33,287 nucleotides of DNA from Candidatus Hermodarchaeota archaeon (GTDB taxonomy: Archaea; Asgardarchaeota; Lokiarchaeia; Sigyniarchaeales; SOKP01), in NCBI GenBank assembly GCA_048885535.1, contig JBHLLO010000005.1, positions 47,752 through 81,038 of the forward strand, read 5' to 3'. Under the pieces are notes generated by a model. The model did not search any database, had not been told where the DNA came from, and saw only the letters and a list, made by a program, of their open reading frames with translations. Within the stretch, counting starts at the first letter, position 1; the number at the start of each line of letters is the position of its first letter. Positions 1 through 9,815 of the stretch are shown one piece after another. The translations under genes and the position numbers were made by a program.

Positions 1-2
1 AT

Positions 3-1214
3 GAAGTAGGTCAAAAGAAAGTACCTTTTGTGACTATTTTTGCATCAGGGTTCGCTGAAGCTGGAAATAAAAATCTTGAGAATGAAGTTTTAGATATAGC
101 TAAAACGTATGATATTAGGATTATTGGACCTAATTGCTTGGGAGTTTATAATCCTGAAGCGGGTTTATATATTGGACGAGCTCAGTCAAAAAAAGCAGGA
201 AATTTTGGTGCTGTTTTACAATCTGGTGGATTGGCAGTGAATGTCGCTCAATTAGCTGATGCCTACGGAGTGGAAGTCTCAAAATTGATCTCCATAGGAA
301 ATGCAATCGATTTGAGTTATCCTGATTTTTTGGAATACTTCTTATATGATAATCGAACTGCTATAATAGGATTGTACCTTGAAAATCTTAAAAGCCAAAA
401 AAATGGGCGAAGATTTATGAAAAGTGCGAAGGAGTGCAATCTAAACCGCAAACCTGTGATATTATGGAGAGCTGGTTACGGTGAAGCTACAAGAAAAGCA
501 ATTATGTCTCACACAGGGGGATTAGCAGGAAACAATAAGATATGGGAAGCAGTTGCAAAGCAGACTGGATGTTTATTAGTTAATAATTCTGTTGAACTTG
601 CAGCTTTAGCCTCTGCTTTTAAGCTGATTCATTTACCCAGTTCAAGAAATATAGGCTTAATTGGTATTGGTGGAGGATCCACTATAGAAGCTGGAGATGC
701 TTTGGAAAAGTACAATCTAAACATTCCCAAATTAACAGAAAAAACTATAAGCAAAATGGGGAGATTCTTGAATGATGTAAATACTAATTTTACCAATCCC
801 ATCGATTTAGGAGCCCAAGGTGCATTACCACATATTTATTATCGTACAATTTTAACTTTAGATAAAGACCCAAATATTTCAGCTATAATTTTTGTTAAAG
901 ATCCTGAGCGGTTTAAAAATTTAGAAGATTCTTTAGTGGGAAAATTAGGTTTTGAAAAAGGTACAGATTTAAATAAATCGTTTATCAGATATATTGGAAA
1001 AGCAAAAAGAATTTGTAATAAACCTATGGTGTGTGTCATGCTAAAAATTTCAGAGGGCTTTGAAGAATATAAGAGTCGTTATAAATTCAAACTCAGATTA
1101 CTCAATAGAAATGTGCCTGTATTTGAAAGTTTTGATCTTGCTGGAAAAGTCCTTGATGGTATGAACAAATACCGAGAATTTTTACAGAAACATGGAAAAT
1201 ATCCTAAAAAATGA
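3..1214 (+). CDS. ADP-forming acyl-CoA synthetase alpha-subunit-like protein (CoA-binding and ligase domains), 5'-truncated by the window edge
   Basis: The frame is open from base 3 (EVGQKKVPFVTIFASGFAE), so GTG at 30 is probably not the true start. Motifs: SGFAE, RIIGPNCLG, QSGG, SIGNAIDL, phospho-His motif SHTGGLAG, NPIDL. Confidence 0.85.
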   Translation, partial: EVGQKKVPFVTIFASGFAEAGNKNLENEVLDIAKTYDIRIIGPNCLGVYNPEAGLYIGRAQSKKAGNFGAVLQSGGLAVNVAQLADAYGVEVSKLISIGNAIDLSYPDFLEYFLYDNRTAIIGLYLENLKSQKNGRRFMKSAKECNLNRKPVILWRAGYGEATRKAIMSHTGGLAGNNKIWEAVAKQTGCLLVNNSVELAALASAFKLIHLPSSRNIGLIGIGGGSTIEAGDALEKYNLNIPKLTEKTISKMGRFLNDVNTNFTNPIDLGAQGALPHIYYRTILTLDKDPNISAIIFVKDPERFKNLEDSLVGKLGFEKGTDLNKSFIRYIGKAKRICNKPMVCVMLKISEGFEEYKSRYKFKLRLLNRNVPVFESFDLAGKVLDGMNKYREFLQKHGKYPKK

Positions 1215-2028
1215 ATTTGTTACCTTCTTTTTTTAAATGCTTAATTTCTATTGGACGTCCGGGGCTACCTTGATAGTAAAATTCATTAGGTTTGCCTCTC
1301 CAGTTTTTATGTAAAACCGTATTTGGAAATATAACATTATTTTCAGTGGTTAAAGCATTAGGACCCATAATATCCCCTGGATAAAATGTAGTATTTTTAC
1401 TAATCTTTATTTCCATCATTGTTATTTTACCGAAAATCGTATTAACTTCATGTGATGATAATCCAGATGTAGGATAAAAGAATACATTATCACCTAAATC
1501 CGTGAATTCTAAACCAACATAACTGTTGCAATAGATAACATTCTTCCCAATTTTATTATGACCAACTCTTCTAAGAGTTCGATTAACTAGCCAAGGAAAC
1601 GGTGATTTTGAAGTTAACCACATTGGTAGTTTTATTATAAATCCTCGCTTATGATAATATTTTATCATTTTTCCTTCAGGGCTATTTGGATCATCAAGAA
1701 CTCTAGCAAATACACCCTGTTCTGGAGGATACTTTTTATTCCAGCGTCTCGTCCATAAGGCAGTAAATTCAATTATTAAAATAAGATAAATATAATATAG
1801 TAAAAATAAAAATCCTGGAAGTATTATTATATGTAGTACATTATCGAAACCCAATACTAAGTCAATAAGACCATATTCGAATAGTAAAAAGAGACCCAGA
1901 CATACATATAATGGAACTAGGAAGCTAATAATATTTATTTTAAAAAAATCTAAAGCTGGAAGTTTTACAACCCTCTTATCTTCTTGTTCCATTGATTTTT
2001 TAAAATCGTTTATGTTCTCATTTTCCAT
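1204..2028 (-). CDS. Membrane protein with C-terminal degenerate hexapeptide-repeat (left-handed beta-helix, acyltransferase-like) domain
   Basis: Two N-terminal hydrophobic segments. Repeats KIGKNVIY, DLGDNVFF and KISKNTTF, and terminal YQGSPGRPI resembling the GxPA end of LbH proteins. Confidence 0.6.
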   Translation of the reverse strand: MENENINDFKKSMEQEDKRVVKLPALDFFKINIISFLVPLYVCLGLFLLFEYGLIDLVLGFDNVLHIIILPGFLFLLYYIYLILIIEFTALWTRRWNKKYPPEQGVFARVLDDPNSPEGKMIKYYHKRGFIIKLPMWLTSKSPFPWLVNRTLRRVGHNKIGKNVIYCNSYVGLEFTDLGDNVFFYPTSGLSSHEVNTIFGKITMMEIKISKNTTFYPGDIMGPNALTTENNVIFPNTVLHKNWRGKPNEFYYQGSPGRPIEIKHLKKEGNKFIF

Positions 2029-2152
2029 AATATTGCTATTGACGAGTGATTATAAAAAAAAATTGGTTATACCCTAAAATTAGAAAATTTTTCATTTCAA
2101 TATAAAATATGATTAGTAAATATAATAATAATTAACCTAAAGTTGCATATAA

Positions 2153-2815
2153 ATGTCAAGAAAAATTGATAAGGATATCGAGCAGTATTATGCAGATAGA
2201 GCATATGAATATGATAAAACGTATTTGAGACCTGAACGCCAAAAGGATATTAAAAAGCTTCATAAATTGCTAAAGAATCTACTGAGCGGTCATAGAGTAC
2301 TTGAGGTTGCATGTGGAACTGGTTATTGGACTAAGACAATTGCATCTGTCTCAAAATTTATCACTGCTGTTGATATAAATAATAAAGTGCTTCAAATTGC
2401 GAAAAGCCGCGAGATTCCTTCAGATAAGGTCATTTTTGTTCAAGATGATGTTTATTCATTAAATAAAATTCAGAATAATTTTTCTGCAGGTTTTGCTGGT
2501 TTTTGGTGGTCTCATGTATTAAAATCCAAGCTAAAAGGATTTCTTGCCTTATTTCAATCAAAACTTCAATCAGATGCTCTTGTTGTTTTTGTTGATAATC
2601 GAAGTGTGAAGAGAAGCTCTACCCCAATAATTCGAATTGACAATGATGGAAATACTTATCAGATAAGGAAATTAGAAGACGGACGAGAATATGAAATATT
2701 GAAAAATTTTCCTACTAAACAAGAAATTCTCGAAACTCTTGGTAGTAAAATTAAAAATTTTAAGATAAAACTTTTAAAATATTTTTGGCTTGTTTCATAT
2801 AATATTCAAGAATAA
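2153..2815 (+). CDS. Class I SAM-dependent methyltransferase
   Basis: Motif I VLEVACGTGYW, post-I TAVDIN, and GFWWSHV; 220 aa. Confidence 0.88.
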   Translation: MSRKIDKDIEQYYADRAYEYDKTYLRPERQKDIKKLHKLLKNLLSGHRVLEVACGTGYWTKTIASVSKFITAVDINNKVLQIAKSREIPSDKVIFVQDDVYSLNKIQNNFSAGFAGFWWSHVLKSKLKGFLALFQSKLQSDALVVFVDNRSVKRSSTPIIRIDNDGNTYQIRKLEDGREYEILKNFPTKQEILETLGSKIKNFKIKLLKYFWLVSYNIQE

Positions 2816-2985
2816 GTTTCTTAAACTGATTTAATTACCCCAAAAAAATCTTCTATTACAAAAACTCTCATTTTAAATAAAAAAGGGTTATTTTCATGAT
2901 TTTAGGAAAATTTATATCTAAAAAATTTCGTCTATAACCCAATATTTATATAAAGTTATTTAGAAGTATGCTTTTTAATTAACAT

Positions 2986-3918
2986 ATGATTGACATTCTG
3001 ACCACAATCCTAGGAATAATTATAGCAATGATCTCAACATTTTGCTTTAACTTTGGAATGGTTCTTCAAAAGAAAGGTCTTAAAGAATCTTCTGAGATAA
3101 AAATTGAAAAAGGTATAGGAAATCTGCTAAAAACATTTAAAGAATTCAGCAAAAATAAATATTGGCTTACTGGAACCCTGTTGGGTTTATTTGGATTGAT
3201 TCCTTATGTAATTGCTATGGGGATGGTTGGAATACTTGTAGTGCAACCTGTATCTACTGTTGGTTTAATTATTTTTGTTATATCTGCAATCAGAATACTT
3301 AAAGAGAAAATATCTCTTTTTGAAATAATTTCAATTACATTGCTTATTATTTCTCCAATCCTAATTGGATTAGCAATTATTTCTGATATTAGCATTAATT
3401 TATCTGAGTTCATTTTACCATATATTACATTCTTGACTATCATTATCCTTATCTGTATTTTTTCCTTCATAGTTTCTAAAAAGAAAAGAGGTACACGATT
3501 AGAAGGATTTTTTATAATGCTTATTGGGTCACTGCTATTTTCACTTGGTGCCACGTTTACTAATATTCTAGCTCAAGCTTATAATGATGCTAATATTAAT
3601 CCGCTTTTTTTTTGGGAAATAATATTTGGAATTTTTTGGCTAGACTATTTACACATCTGGCTTTTTTTTGGCTTCTGGGGAATGATTATTTTTAATTTAG
3701 TAAGTATTGTATTTTTTCAAACTGCACTTCAAAAAATTAAGGCTGTTGTTGTAGTTCCGATTCATAACGCAATTATCTTATTAGTGCCTGTTTTGGCTGG
3801 TTTGTTTGTATTTCAACAAAAATTTGAGAATACTTTATTATTTCTAATATCAATTGTCATAATATTATTATCTATTATATCCCTTAGCAAATTTCAAGCA
3901 GATATTGAATCAATATAG
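2986..3918 (+). CDS. DMT-superfamily transporter, NIPA (Mg2+ transporter)-like
   Basis: About 9 hydrophobic segments. GMVLQKKG, YWLTG, VVQP, LKEKI and FQTALQ..VVVP mirror the NIPA/DMT pattern. Confidence 0.65.
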   Translation: MIDILTTILGIIIAMISTFCFNFGMVLQKKGLKESSEIKIEKGIGNLLKTFKEFSKNKYWLTGTLLGLFGLIPYVIAMGMVGILVVQPVSTVGLIIFVISAIRILKEKISLFEIISITLLIISPILIGLAIISDISINLSEFILPYITFLTIIILICIFSFIVSKKKRGTRLEGFFIMLIGSLLFSLGATFTNILAQAYNDANINPLFFWEIIFGIFWLDYLHIWLFFGFWGMIIFNLVSIVFFQTALQKIKAVVVVPIHNAIILLVPVLAGLFVFQQKFENTLLFLISIVIILLSIISLSKFQADIESI

Positions 3919-3935
3919 TAAGGTAAATTTGAATA

Positions 3936-6698
3936 ATGTCAGAAATAACTTGGGATAAATACAGTTTAAAAATAGATGGAAAAAGAATCTTTTTGATGGG
4001 TGGTGAATTTCATTATTGGCGATGTCCAGATAGAGCACGATGGCATGATATACTTACAATGTATCGAATTGCTGGTTTAAATTGTGTAAGAATTTACTTT
4101 CATTGGGGTTATCATAATCCAAATGAAAAGAAGTTTTATTTTACTGATAATCGAGATGTAGATTATTTATTAAACCTATGTGAGCAATTGGGACTTTATG
4201 TATTTGTAGCTCCTGGACCGTATATATGTGCCGAGACAAATGCAGGAGGATTTCCAGGATGGCTTCTAGCAAAACGCGATGTAATGATTAGAAATCTTAA
4301 GAGAACATATAAATCGAAATATGATCCTAAGTATTTAGAATATTGCAGGAATTGGTATGAGGAATTCATTTCTATTATTTTAAATCACCAAATAACTGAA
4401 AATCCAAAAGGATGTGTATTAGCTTTTCAAGTGGAAAATGAGTATGATAAAAAAATAGTAATATTTAAAGGCCTTAAGAGATACATCGAGGAACTTATAG
4501 AGATTGCTCGAAGATTTGGAATAACTGTACCTATTTTCCATAATGATAGACGAGATGAAGGATCATGGGTTGATATTGTAGATTTGTATGGTTTTGATAA
4601 ATATGTAATATTTGCTCCCAAGTTTCCTAAAACTATTCCTATCCCTGAGTGGTCCTTTAAAAAATTTAAAAGAAGAGTTGATAATGTTGAAATAAAAGTA
4701 AGGTCATTTGGAGAGAGTGCTGCAAATTCACCATTATTCATTCCAGAACTACAAGGAGGTTGGTTTAACCATTGGGGTATTAAATATGGATTTGATGACT
4801 TATATGATTATTATGGACATACTTTCCAGAAAATATTGGAACACAGTCTAGCCGCACAGGGGTCTACAATGATGATTCTTTATATGTTTTATGGAGGGAC
4901 ATCTTGGGGCTCTATACCAGATCTTGACGTTTATTCTAGTTATGATTATTCTGCATGTATAAGAGAATTTGGTTATCAATCAAGTCGGTTCAGACATCTA
5001 AGGTTATTTAACTTATTTATTAATAGTTTTAATGAAAGTCTCGTTTCTACCGATTTAGTTGATATACCATCTATAAAATGTAGTGAGGAAGAGATTTATT
5101 ATTCAGAAAGAATTGGTCGGGATGGAACACGGTTTATCTTTTTTAGAAATTTCAATAAAAATAAAAAAAAAGATTTTAAAATTCAATTAATTGAGAATTT
5201 AGAAACACCTTATATTGGTTCTCATGAATTAAATCTACGAGATTCGTTTATAGCTATTGGAAATCATAAAATAGGTGTTTTTACAATCGTATTTTGTTCT
5301 TTACCAATAATTATTAAAGGAAGATATCATAACGGATGGCTATTGGTATGTTATCAGAATGGTGGAGAATTAACTTTAAAAAGTACTAATCTAAGCGTTA
5401 AAGGCAATTGCAGGGCTCTTGAGCAAGGTGGAATTACAAGAGTTATTTTCCCAAGTAAAGGATATTTTTGTATTACAAATAAAGATAATCAGAACTTATA
5501 TGTTATAGTTTTATCGCTTGAAGAAGCCTTAACATTAAATGCTGACTTTTCTAGCAATGAATTGCAAGTATCATGGGGTGCATATTCAATTCATTTTGAA
5601 AATGATTCTCTATTTATTGAATCTTTAGAGAACCAAACAGTTCTACTATTAACAATGAAGGATGAAATCACTGGATTTAAAAGAATTGAAAATATTCCCA
5701 TTCCTGGATTATATAGAAAAGTTTTGAATCCAAAATTTGAAATTCTACCTATCAGACTAAACAAGTGGTATAGTCTTAGAACTAATTGGAGTAATAATGA
5801 TCATTCTGAGATTTGGAAAGAGATTAATTTTAAAAATGAAAAAGATCCAATTGATCATCATTTTACTAGTGGACATATCCTTTATAAATGTGAATTTGAA
5901 GTCTCAAAATTAATAAAAATAAATATAAAATTGAATATAAGAAATAAAACTGCTATATGGTTAAATGAGAAATTTATTGGAGGTCACAATACTTATAGTA
6001 TTATCTACTTACTCCCTGGAGCGAAAAATGGACCAGATCCAACATTTCTTGGAAAGAAAAAATACAAACTTGGAAATGCATTAAAAATTGGAAGAAATAT
6101 CTTGTATGTTCTTACAGAAAACTTAGGACATAGTCGTATCCCACATTTAGTATGTGATGTAAGAAATCCACGAGGGATCATCTCTGCAAAGTTCTCAAGA
6201 AGAATTAAGAAGAAAAAGTGGTTTATTACTGGAATTGATGTTACTAAACTTGAACAATCATATAATACTGCAGGGTTACCAGGAGAAAAATTCGAATATC
6301 ATTTGGGAAAGGGGGATGACTGGATTGAACTTGAAGGAGATCCTTCTATTTCACCCCAAGATCAAATTGTTTGGTTTAAAACTACATTTGATTGGACACT
6401 TGACGAAAATAAAAGAATACCGTTAAGAATCCATCTAGAGGGTAAACATAATGTGCATATATTTCTTAACGGACTTTATATCGGTAAATATTGGGGAGAA
6501 TACGGACCGCAACATGATTTCTACGTTATGGATAAAGTTCTTAAGAAAAAAAATATCTTAGTTCTCGCATGTTGGACTACAAATGAAGATTTATTTTCTA
6601 TTTCAGTTAAACCCTATAAAATTAACCCTGAAAGTGGAAATATTGAAGAGAGAGGCCTAACATTTGCCACTCAAAAATTTACAATACCTCTCAAATGA
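3936..6698 (+). CDS. Glycoside hydrolase family 35 beta-galactosidase, multi-domain, no evident signal peptide
   Basis: GGEFHYWR, PGPYICAE, GGFPGWL, acid/base QVENEY, nucleophile PELQGGWF, YMFYGGT, SYDY. C-terminal jelly-roll-like domains (LNGLYIGKY..GPQHDF). Confidence 0.93.
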   Translation: MSEITWDKYSLKIDGKRIFLMGGEFHYWRCPDRARWHDILTMYRIAGLNCVRIYFHWGYHNPNEKKFYFTDNRDVDYLLNLCEQLGLYVFVAPGPYICAETNAGGFPGWLLAKRDVMIRNLKRTYKSKYDPKYLEYCRNWYEEFISIILNHQITENPKGCVLAFQVENEYDKKIVIFKGLKRYIEELIEIARRFGITVPIFHNDRRDEGSWVDIVDLYGFDKYVIFAPKFPKTIPIPEWSFKKFKRRVDNVEIKVRSFGESAANSPLFIPELQGGWFNHWGIKYGFDDLYDYYGHTFQKILEHSLAAQGSTMMILYMFYGGTSWGSIPDLDVYSSYDYSACIREFGYQSSRFRHLRLFNLFINSFNESLVSTDLVDIPSIKCSEEEIYYSERIGRDGTRFIFFRNFNKNKKKDFKIQLIENLETPYIGSHELNLRDSFIAIGNHKIGVFTIVFCSLPIIIKGRYHNGWLLVCYQNGGELTLKSTNLSVKGNCRALEQGGITRVIFPSKGYFCITNKDNQNLYVIVLSLEEALTLNADFSSNELQVSWGAYSIHFENDSLFIESLENQTVLLLTMKDEITGFKRIENIPIPGLYRKVLNPKFEILPIRLNKWYSLRTNWSNNDHSEIWKEINFKNEKDPIDHHFTSGHILYKCEFEVSKLIKINIKLNIRNKTAIWLNEKFIGGHNTYSIIYLLPGAKNGPDPTFLGKKKYKLGNALKIGRNILYVLTENLGHSRIPHLVCDVRNPRGIISAKFSRRIKKKKWFITGIDVTKLEQSYNTAGLPGEKFEYHLGKGDDWIELEGDPSISPQDQIVWFKTTFDWTLDENKRIPLRIHLEGKHNVHIFLNGLYIGKYWGEYGPQHDFYVMDKVLKKKNILVLACWTTNEDLFSISVKPYKINPESGNIEERGLTFATQKFTIPLK

Positions 6699-6809
6699 AG
6701 AATTACTTAGATTAGATATATTTAATATGTAAAATATCTTTTTTATCATAATTTTAGGGAATATTAAGAATGCATTAATTTCTCATTAATTGAAAAATAA
6801 TGAGATGAA

Positions 6810-8033
6810 ATGGAAGAGAAAAAACAAAGTAATAACAAGAAGAAAGTCTTTAAATATAGATCTTTGCTACCCCTATGGATCGCAATTTTTATTGATATAT
6901 TAGGGTTCTCTCTAATTTTTCCAATGGTTGGTTATTTCAAAGAGTTATTTAATACCTCACAAACTATGATTGGTTTAGTGTTTTCAGTAAATGCAATGTT
7001 TGGTTTTATATTTGGACCTATTCTAGGGAAACTAAGCGATAAATTTGGGAGAAGACCATTACTTTTGATATCTCAGCTAGGGACATGTATAGCTTTTATA
7101 ATGTTGGCCTTTTCTACTTCTTTAGAAATGTTATTTATTTCTCGGATGGTTGATGGAATTTTTGGAGGAAATTTCCCTATTGCTAAAGCTATAGTTAGCG
7201 ATGAGGTCCCTCCAAGAGACAGAGGTATTCAAATGGCTAATGTAGGAGTAGCACACGTCCTGGCATCTCTCATTGGTCCCGCCATAGGAGGGATTTTATT
7301 TACATTAGGAGGAATTTTTTTACCCGGTTTGTTTGCGGCAGGGCTTTCCATAATCACAATGATTTTAACCATAATATTGTTAAAAGAATCTTGGCCAAAA
7401 GAAAAAAGAATTCATCATCAACAGATTGAAATCAAAGTAGATCAGAAAATCAGACAGAATAAAAATGCTGTATTTTTTCTAATTCTATTCGGATTCCATA
7501 CAATATCTTTCATGATAGCAATGTCATCTATTTCATTTTTTGGAGCAAATGTCTTGAATCTCCAGCCACCTGAGATTTCCTTTATTTTGATGATGGGTGG
7601 TATAGTAAGAGCTGTTATAAGATTTACTGCTTTCAAACCAACTGTTAAGAAATTAGGAGAAACAAATGCTATAAGATTAGGGCTCTTAATCTTTGTTATA
7701 TGCTTCTTTTTATTCGGAGTGTATCCACATGTAGTAATGCTATTTATACTATTAATGTTTGTTAGTTTTGCTGCTTCACTGAGTCGCGGACCATTAAATA
7801 GTAAAATAAGCCAAACAGTCTCTCCTAAAATACAAGGTAAAATAAATGGATTATCTTCAGCATTGGACATGGTTGCTCAGATTATAGGACCGATAACAGC
7901 AGCTTTTATGTTAGATACTTTTGCTCCTTTATGGCTAGGTATTCTGATAGGATTAATAGCTTTACCTCCATGTATAATGGCTTTCCAAAATCTAGATTTG
8001 AAGAAATACAAAACTAAGAATTTAAGAGAATAA
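6810..8033 (+). CDS. MFS transporter, DHA1/TetA-like
   Basis: About 12 TM segments. FIDILGFSLIFP, motif A GKLSDKFGRRP, RMVDGIFGG, and GPAIGG. Confidence 0.92.
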   Translation: MEEKKQSNNKKKVFKYRSLLPLWIAIFIDILGFSLIFPMVGYFKELFNTSQTMIGLVFSVNAMFGFIFGPILGKLSDKFGRRPLLLISQLGTCIAFIMLAFSTSLEMLFISRMVDGIFGGNFPIAKAIVSDEVPPRDRGIQMANVGVAHVLASLIGPAIGGILFTLGGIFLPGLFAAGLSIITMILTIILLKESWPKEKRIHHQQIEIKVDQKIRQNKNAVFFLILFGFHTISFMIAMSSISFFGANVLNLQPPEISFILMMGGIVRAVIRFTAFKPTVKKLGETNAIRLGLLIFVICFFLFGVYPHVVMLFILLMFVSFAASLSRGPLNSKISQTVSPKIQGKINGLSSALDMVAQIIGPITAAFMLDTFAPLWLGILIGLIALPPCIMAFQNLDLKKYKTKNLRE

Positions 8034-8042
8034 ACTCTCGAT

Positions 8043-8903
8043 TTAAATTTTCTGCTTTCTTAATAAAAAATCATTAACCGTATTGTTTACCGCAGGAGCA
8101 TTTTCTAGAGGAAAGTAATGTCCTCCATTAAAGATTTCTAAATTACTATTTGGTATTAATTTATTCATTTCTTCACTAGCAATCTTAGAAACTATTCTGT
8201 CCTTTTCACCTGCCAGTATTAAAGTATCATGCTTAATCTCATGAAGTTGATTTCTAGTGTCATGCCTTACTATAGTCTTAATTTGATTCAAAATATCTAG
8301 GGGTTTTGAGGTTCCCTTAGTTTTTTCATTATTCATTAATTCTTCAGTTGTAAATAAATCATGGAATCTCTTTTTTGGATTTTCTACCATTTCCTTGTAA
8401 AAACCCCGAGAAAATCTTTGCTTCATTTTATTATAAAAAGCTTTTTCTGGGTCTACTAATTTTTCTTCATAACTTTTTAACTGGCTTTTTTTATACATTT
8501 CTAATCCTGACTTATCTAATGGTAAATTAGGGAAGGTTGCCAATAAAAGTAATTTATTAAGATTTTTAGGATATTTTAATGCAAAATGTTGAGCATACAT
8601 ACCTCCTAGTGAATGTCCAGCAATATGGACTTCTTCAATATTTAAATGTTCTAATAATACTTTTAAATCATCTGCCAATATTTCCATATTATATGGTTCC
8701 GTAGGATGTTCTGAATTTCCGCATCCACGGTTATCAATTGTAATCACCTTAAAATTTTTTGATAAAGGTTTGACTTGAGCAATCCAGAATTCTTTATACA
8801 TAGCGAATCCATGCAATAAAACTAAAGGAAATCCTTGCCCATGAATTTCATAGCAGATTTTAACATTATTCACATTTGCGAATAATTCAACCATAAGTAT
8901 CAT
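8043..8903 (-). CDS. Alpha/beta-fold hydrolase (paralog 4 of tandem array)
   Basis: HGF oxyanion motif, DNRGCG, nucleophile GHSLGG, Asp in GEKDR, His in GGHYF. Confidence 0.92.
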   Translation of the reverse strand: MILMVELFANVNNVKICYEIHGQGFPLVLLHGFAMYKEFWIAQVKPLSKNFKVITIDNRGCGNSEHPTEPYNMEILADDLKVLLEHLNIEEVHIAGHSLGGMYAQHFALKYPKNLNKLLLLATFPNLPLDKSGLEMYKKSQLKSYEEKLVDPEKAFYNKMKQRFSRGFYKEMVENPKKRFHDLFTTEELMNNEKTKGTSKPLDILNQIKTIVRHDTRNQLHEIKHDTLILAGEKDRIVSKIASEEMNKLIPNSNLEIFNGGHYFPLENAPAVNNTVNDFLLRKQKI

Positions 8904-8952
8904 CCTATATTTGATATACTCAAATAATAAGAGAAGATGGATGCAAAAAAAT

Positions 8953-9804
8953 TTAATCCAATAAAAAGTCTATAACATACTTATTAATTTCTGGAGCTTT
9001 TTCTAAAATGGATTGATGAGCTGCTTTCTCTACGACTATTAATTTGCTATTTGGAATTTGATCGTGTAATTTCTGATTCACTAATTTGGGGGTAGTTTTA
9101 TCTTTTTCAGCACATAAGATCAATACATCATTTTTAATCTCGTGAAGTTTATCATAAACTTTATGAGTTTTAACAGCTGCTAACTGATTTTTTATATCAT
9201 TAGCTGTAGTGGGATTTGTTAGCCTTTCTTCTACTAAATCCTCAACAGACCATATATTATGGAATTTTTTTTTTGGATTTTGTACCATTAATTTCCAAAA
9301 AGGACGAGAGTAGCTATACTTAGCACCTTGTAAAAAGTTGTTAAGAGGGTCTTCCATAAACTTTTTTAAACCCTCAATTGCATTATTTTGATACATTTCA
9401 AACCCTTTTTCATTAAGCAACGCTTTATTGCTTAATCCAGGAACTGTGTTTATTAAGACAACCTTTTTCACACGATTAGGATATTTTAACATAAAATTTT
9501 GTACAATCATACCTCCAAACGAATGACCAACTATATGAGCTTTTTCAATTTTTAAGTAATCCATTAATGCGTTCACATCATCAGCATACAAATCCATAGT
9601 ATACGGTCCATCTGGTCGATCTGATTTCCCAGCACCTCTGTTATCAAATCGTATGACTTTGAAATATTTTGATAAATCTCCTACTTGTGCACGAAAATGC
9701 TCCTTCTTATCACCGAACCCATGGACTAGAATAACTGGATATCCTTTACCTAATACTTCATAACAAATTTTATTTCCATTTACAATGGCATAAGCTTCAG
9801 TCAT
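8953..9804 (-). CDS. Alpha/beta-fold hydrolase (paralog 3)
   Basis: HGF, DNRGAG, GHSFGG, AEKDK, AAHQS. Confidence 0.92.
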   Translation of the reverse strand: MTEAYAIVNGNKICYEVLGKGYPVILVHGFGDKKEHFRAQVGDLSKYFKVIRFDNRGAGKSDRPDGPYTMDLYADDVNALMDYLKIEKAHIVGHSFGGMIVQNFMLKYPNRVKKVVLINTVPGLSNKALLNEKGFEMYQNNAIEGLKKFMEDPLNNFLQGAKYSYSRPFWKLMVQNPKKKFHNIWSVEDLVEERLTNPTTANDIKNQLAAVKTHKVYDKLHEIKNDVLILCAEKDKTTPKLVNQKLHDQIPNSKLIVVEKAAHQSILEKAPEINKYVIDFLLD

Positions 9805-9815
9805 ATTTAAAAAAG

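Noticed and set aside
839-7870. Short alternative ORFs 839-1039, 3204-3554, 4427-4741, 6235-6426 and 7442-7870
   Set aside because: All lie wholly inside well-supported genes (antisense or off-frame) and show no recognisable motifs; they are shadow ORFs.
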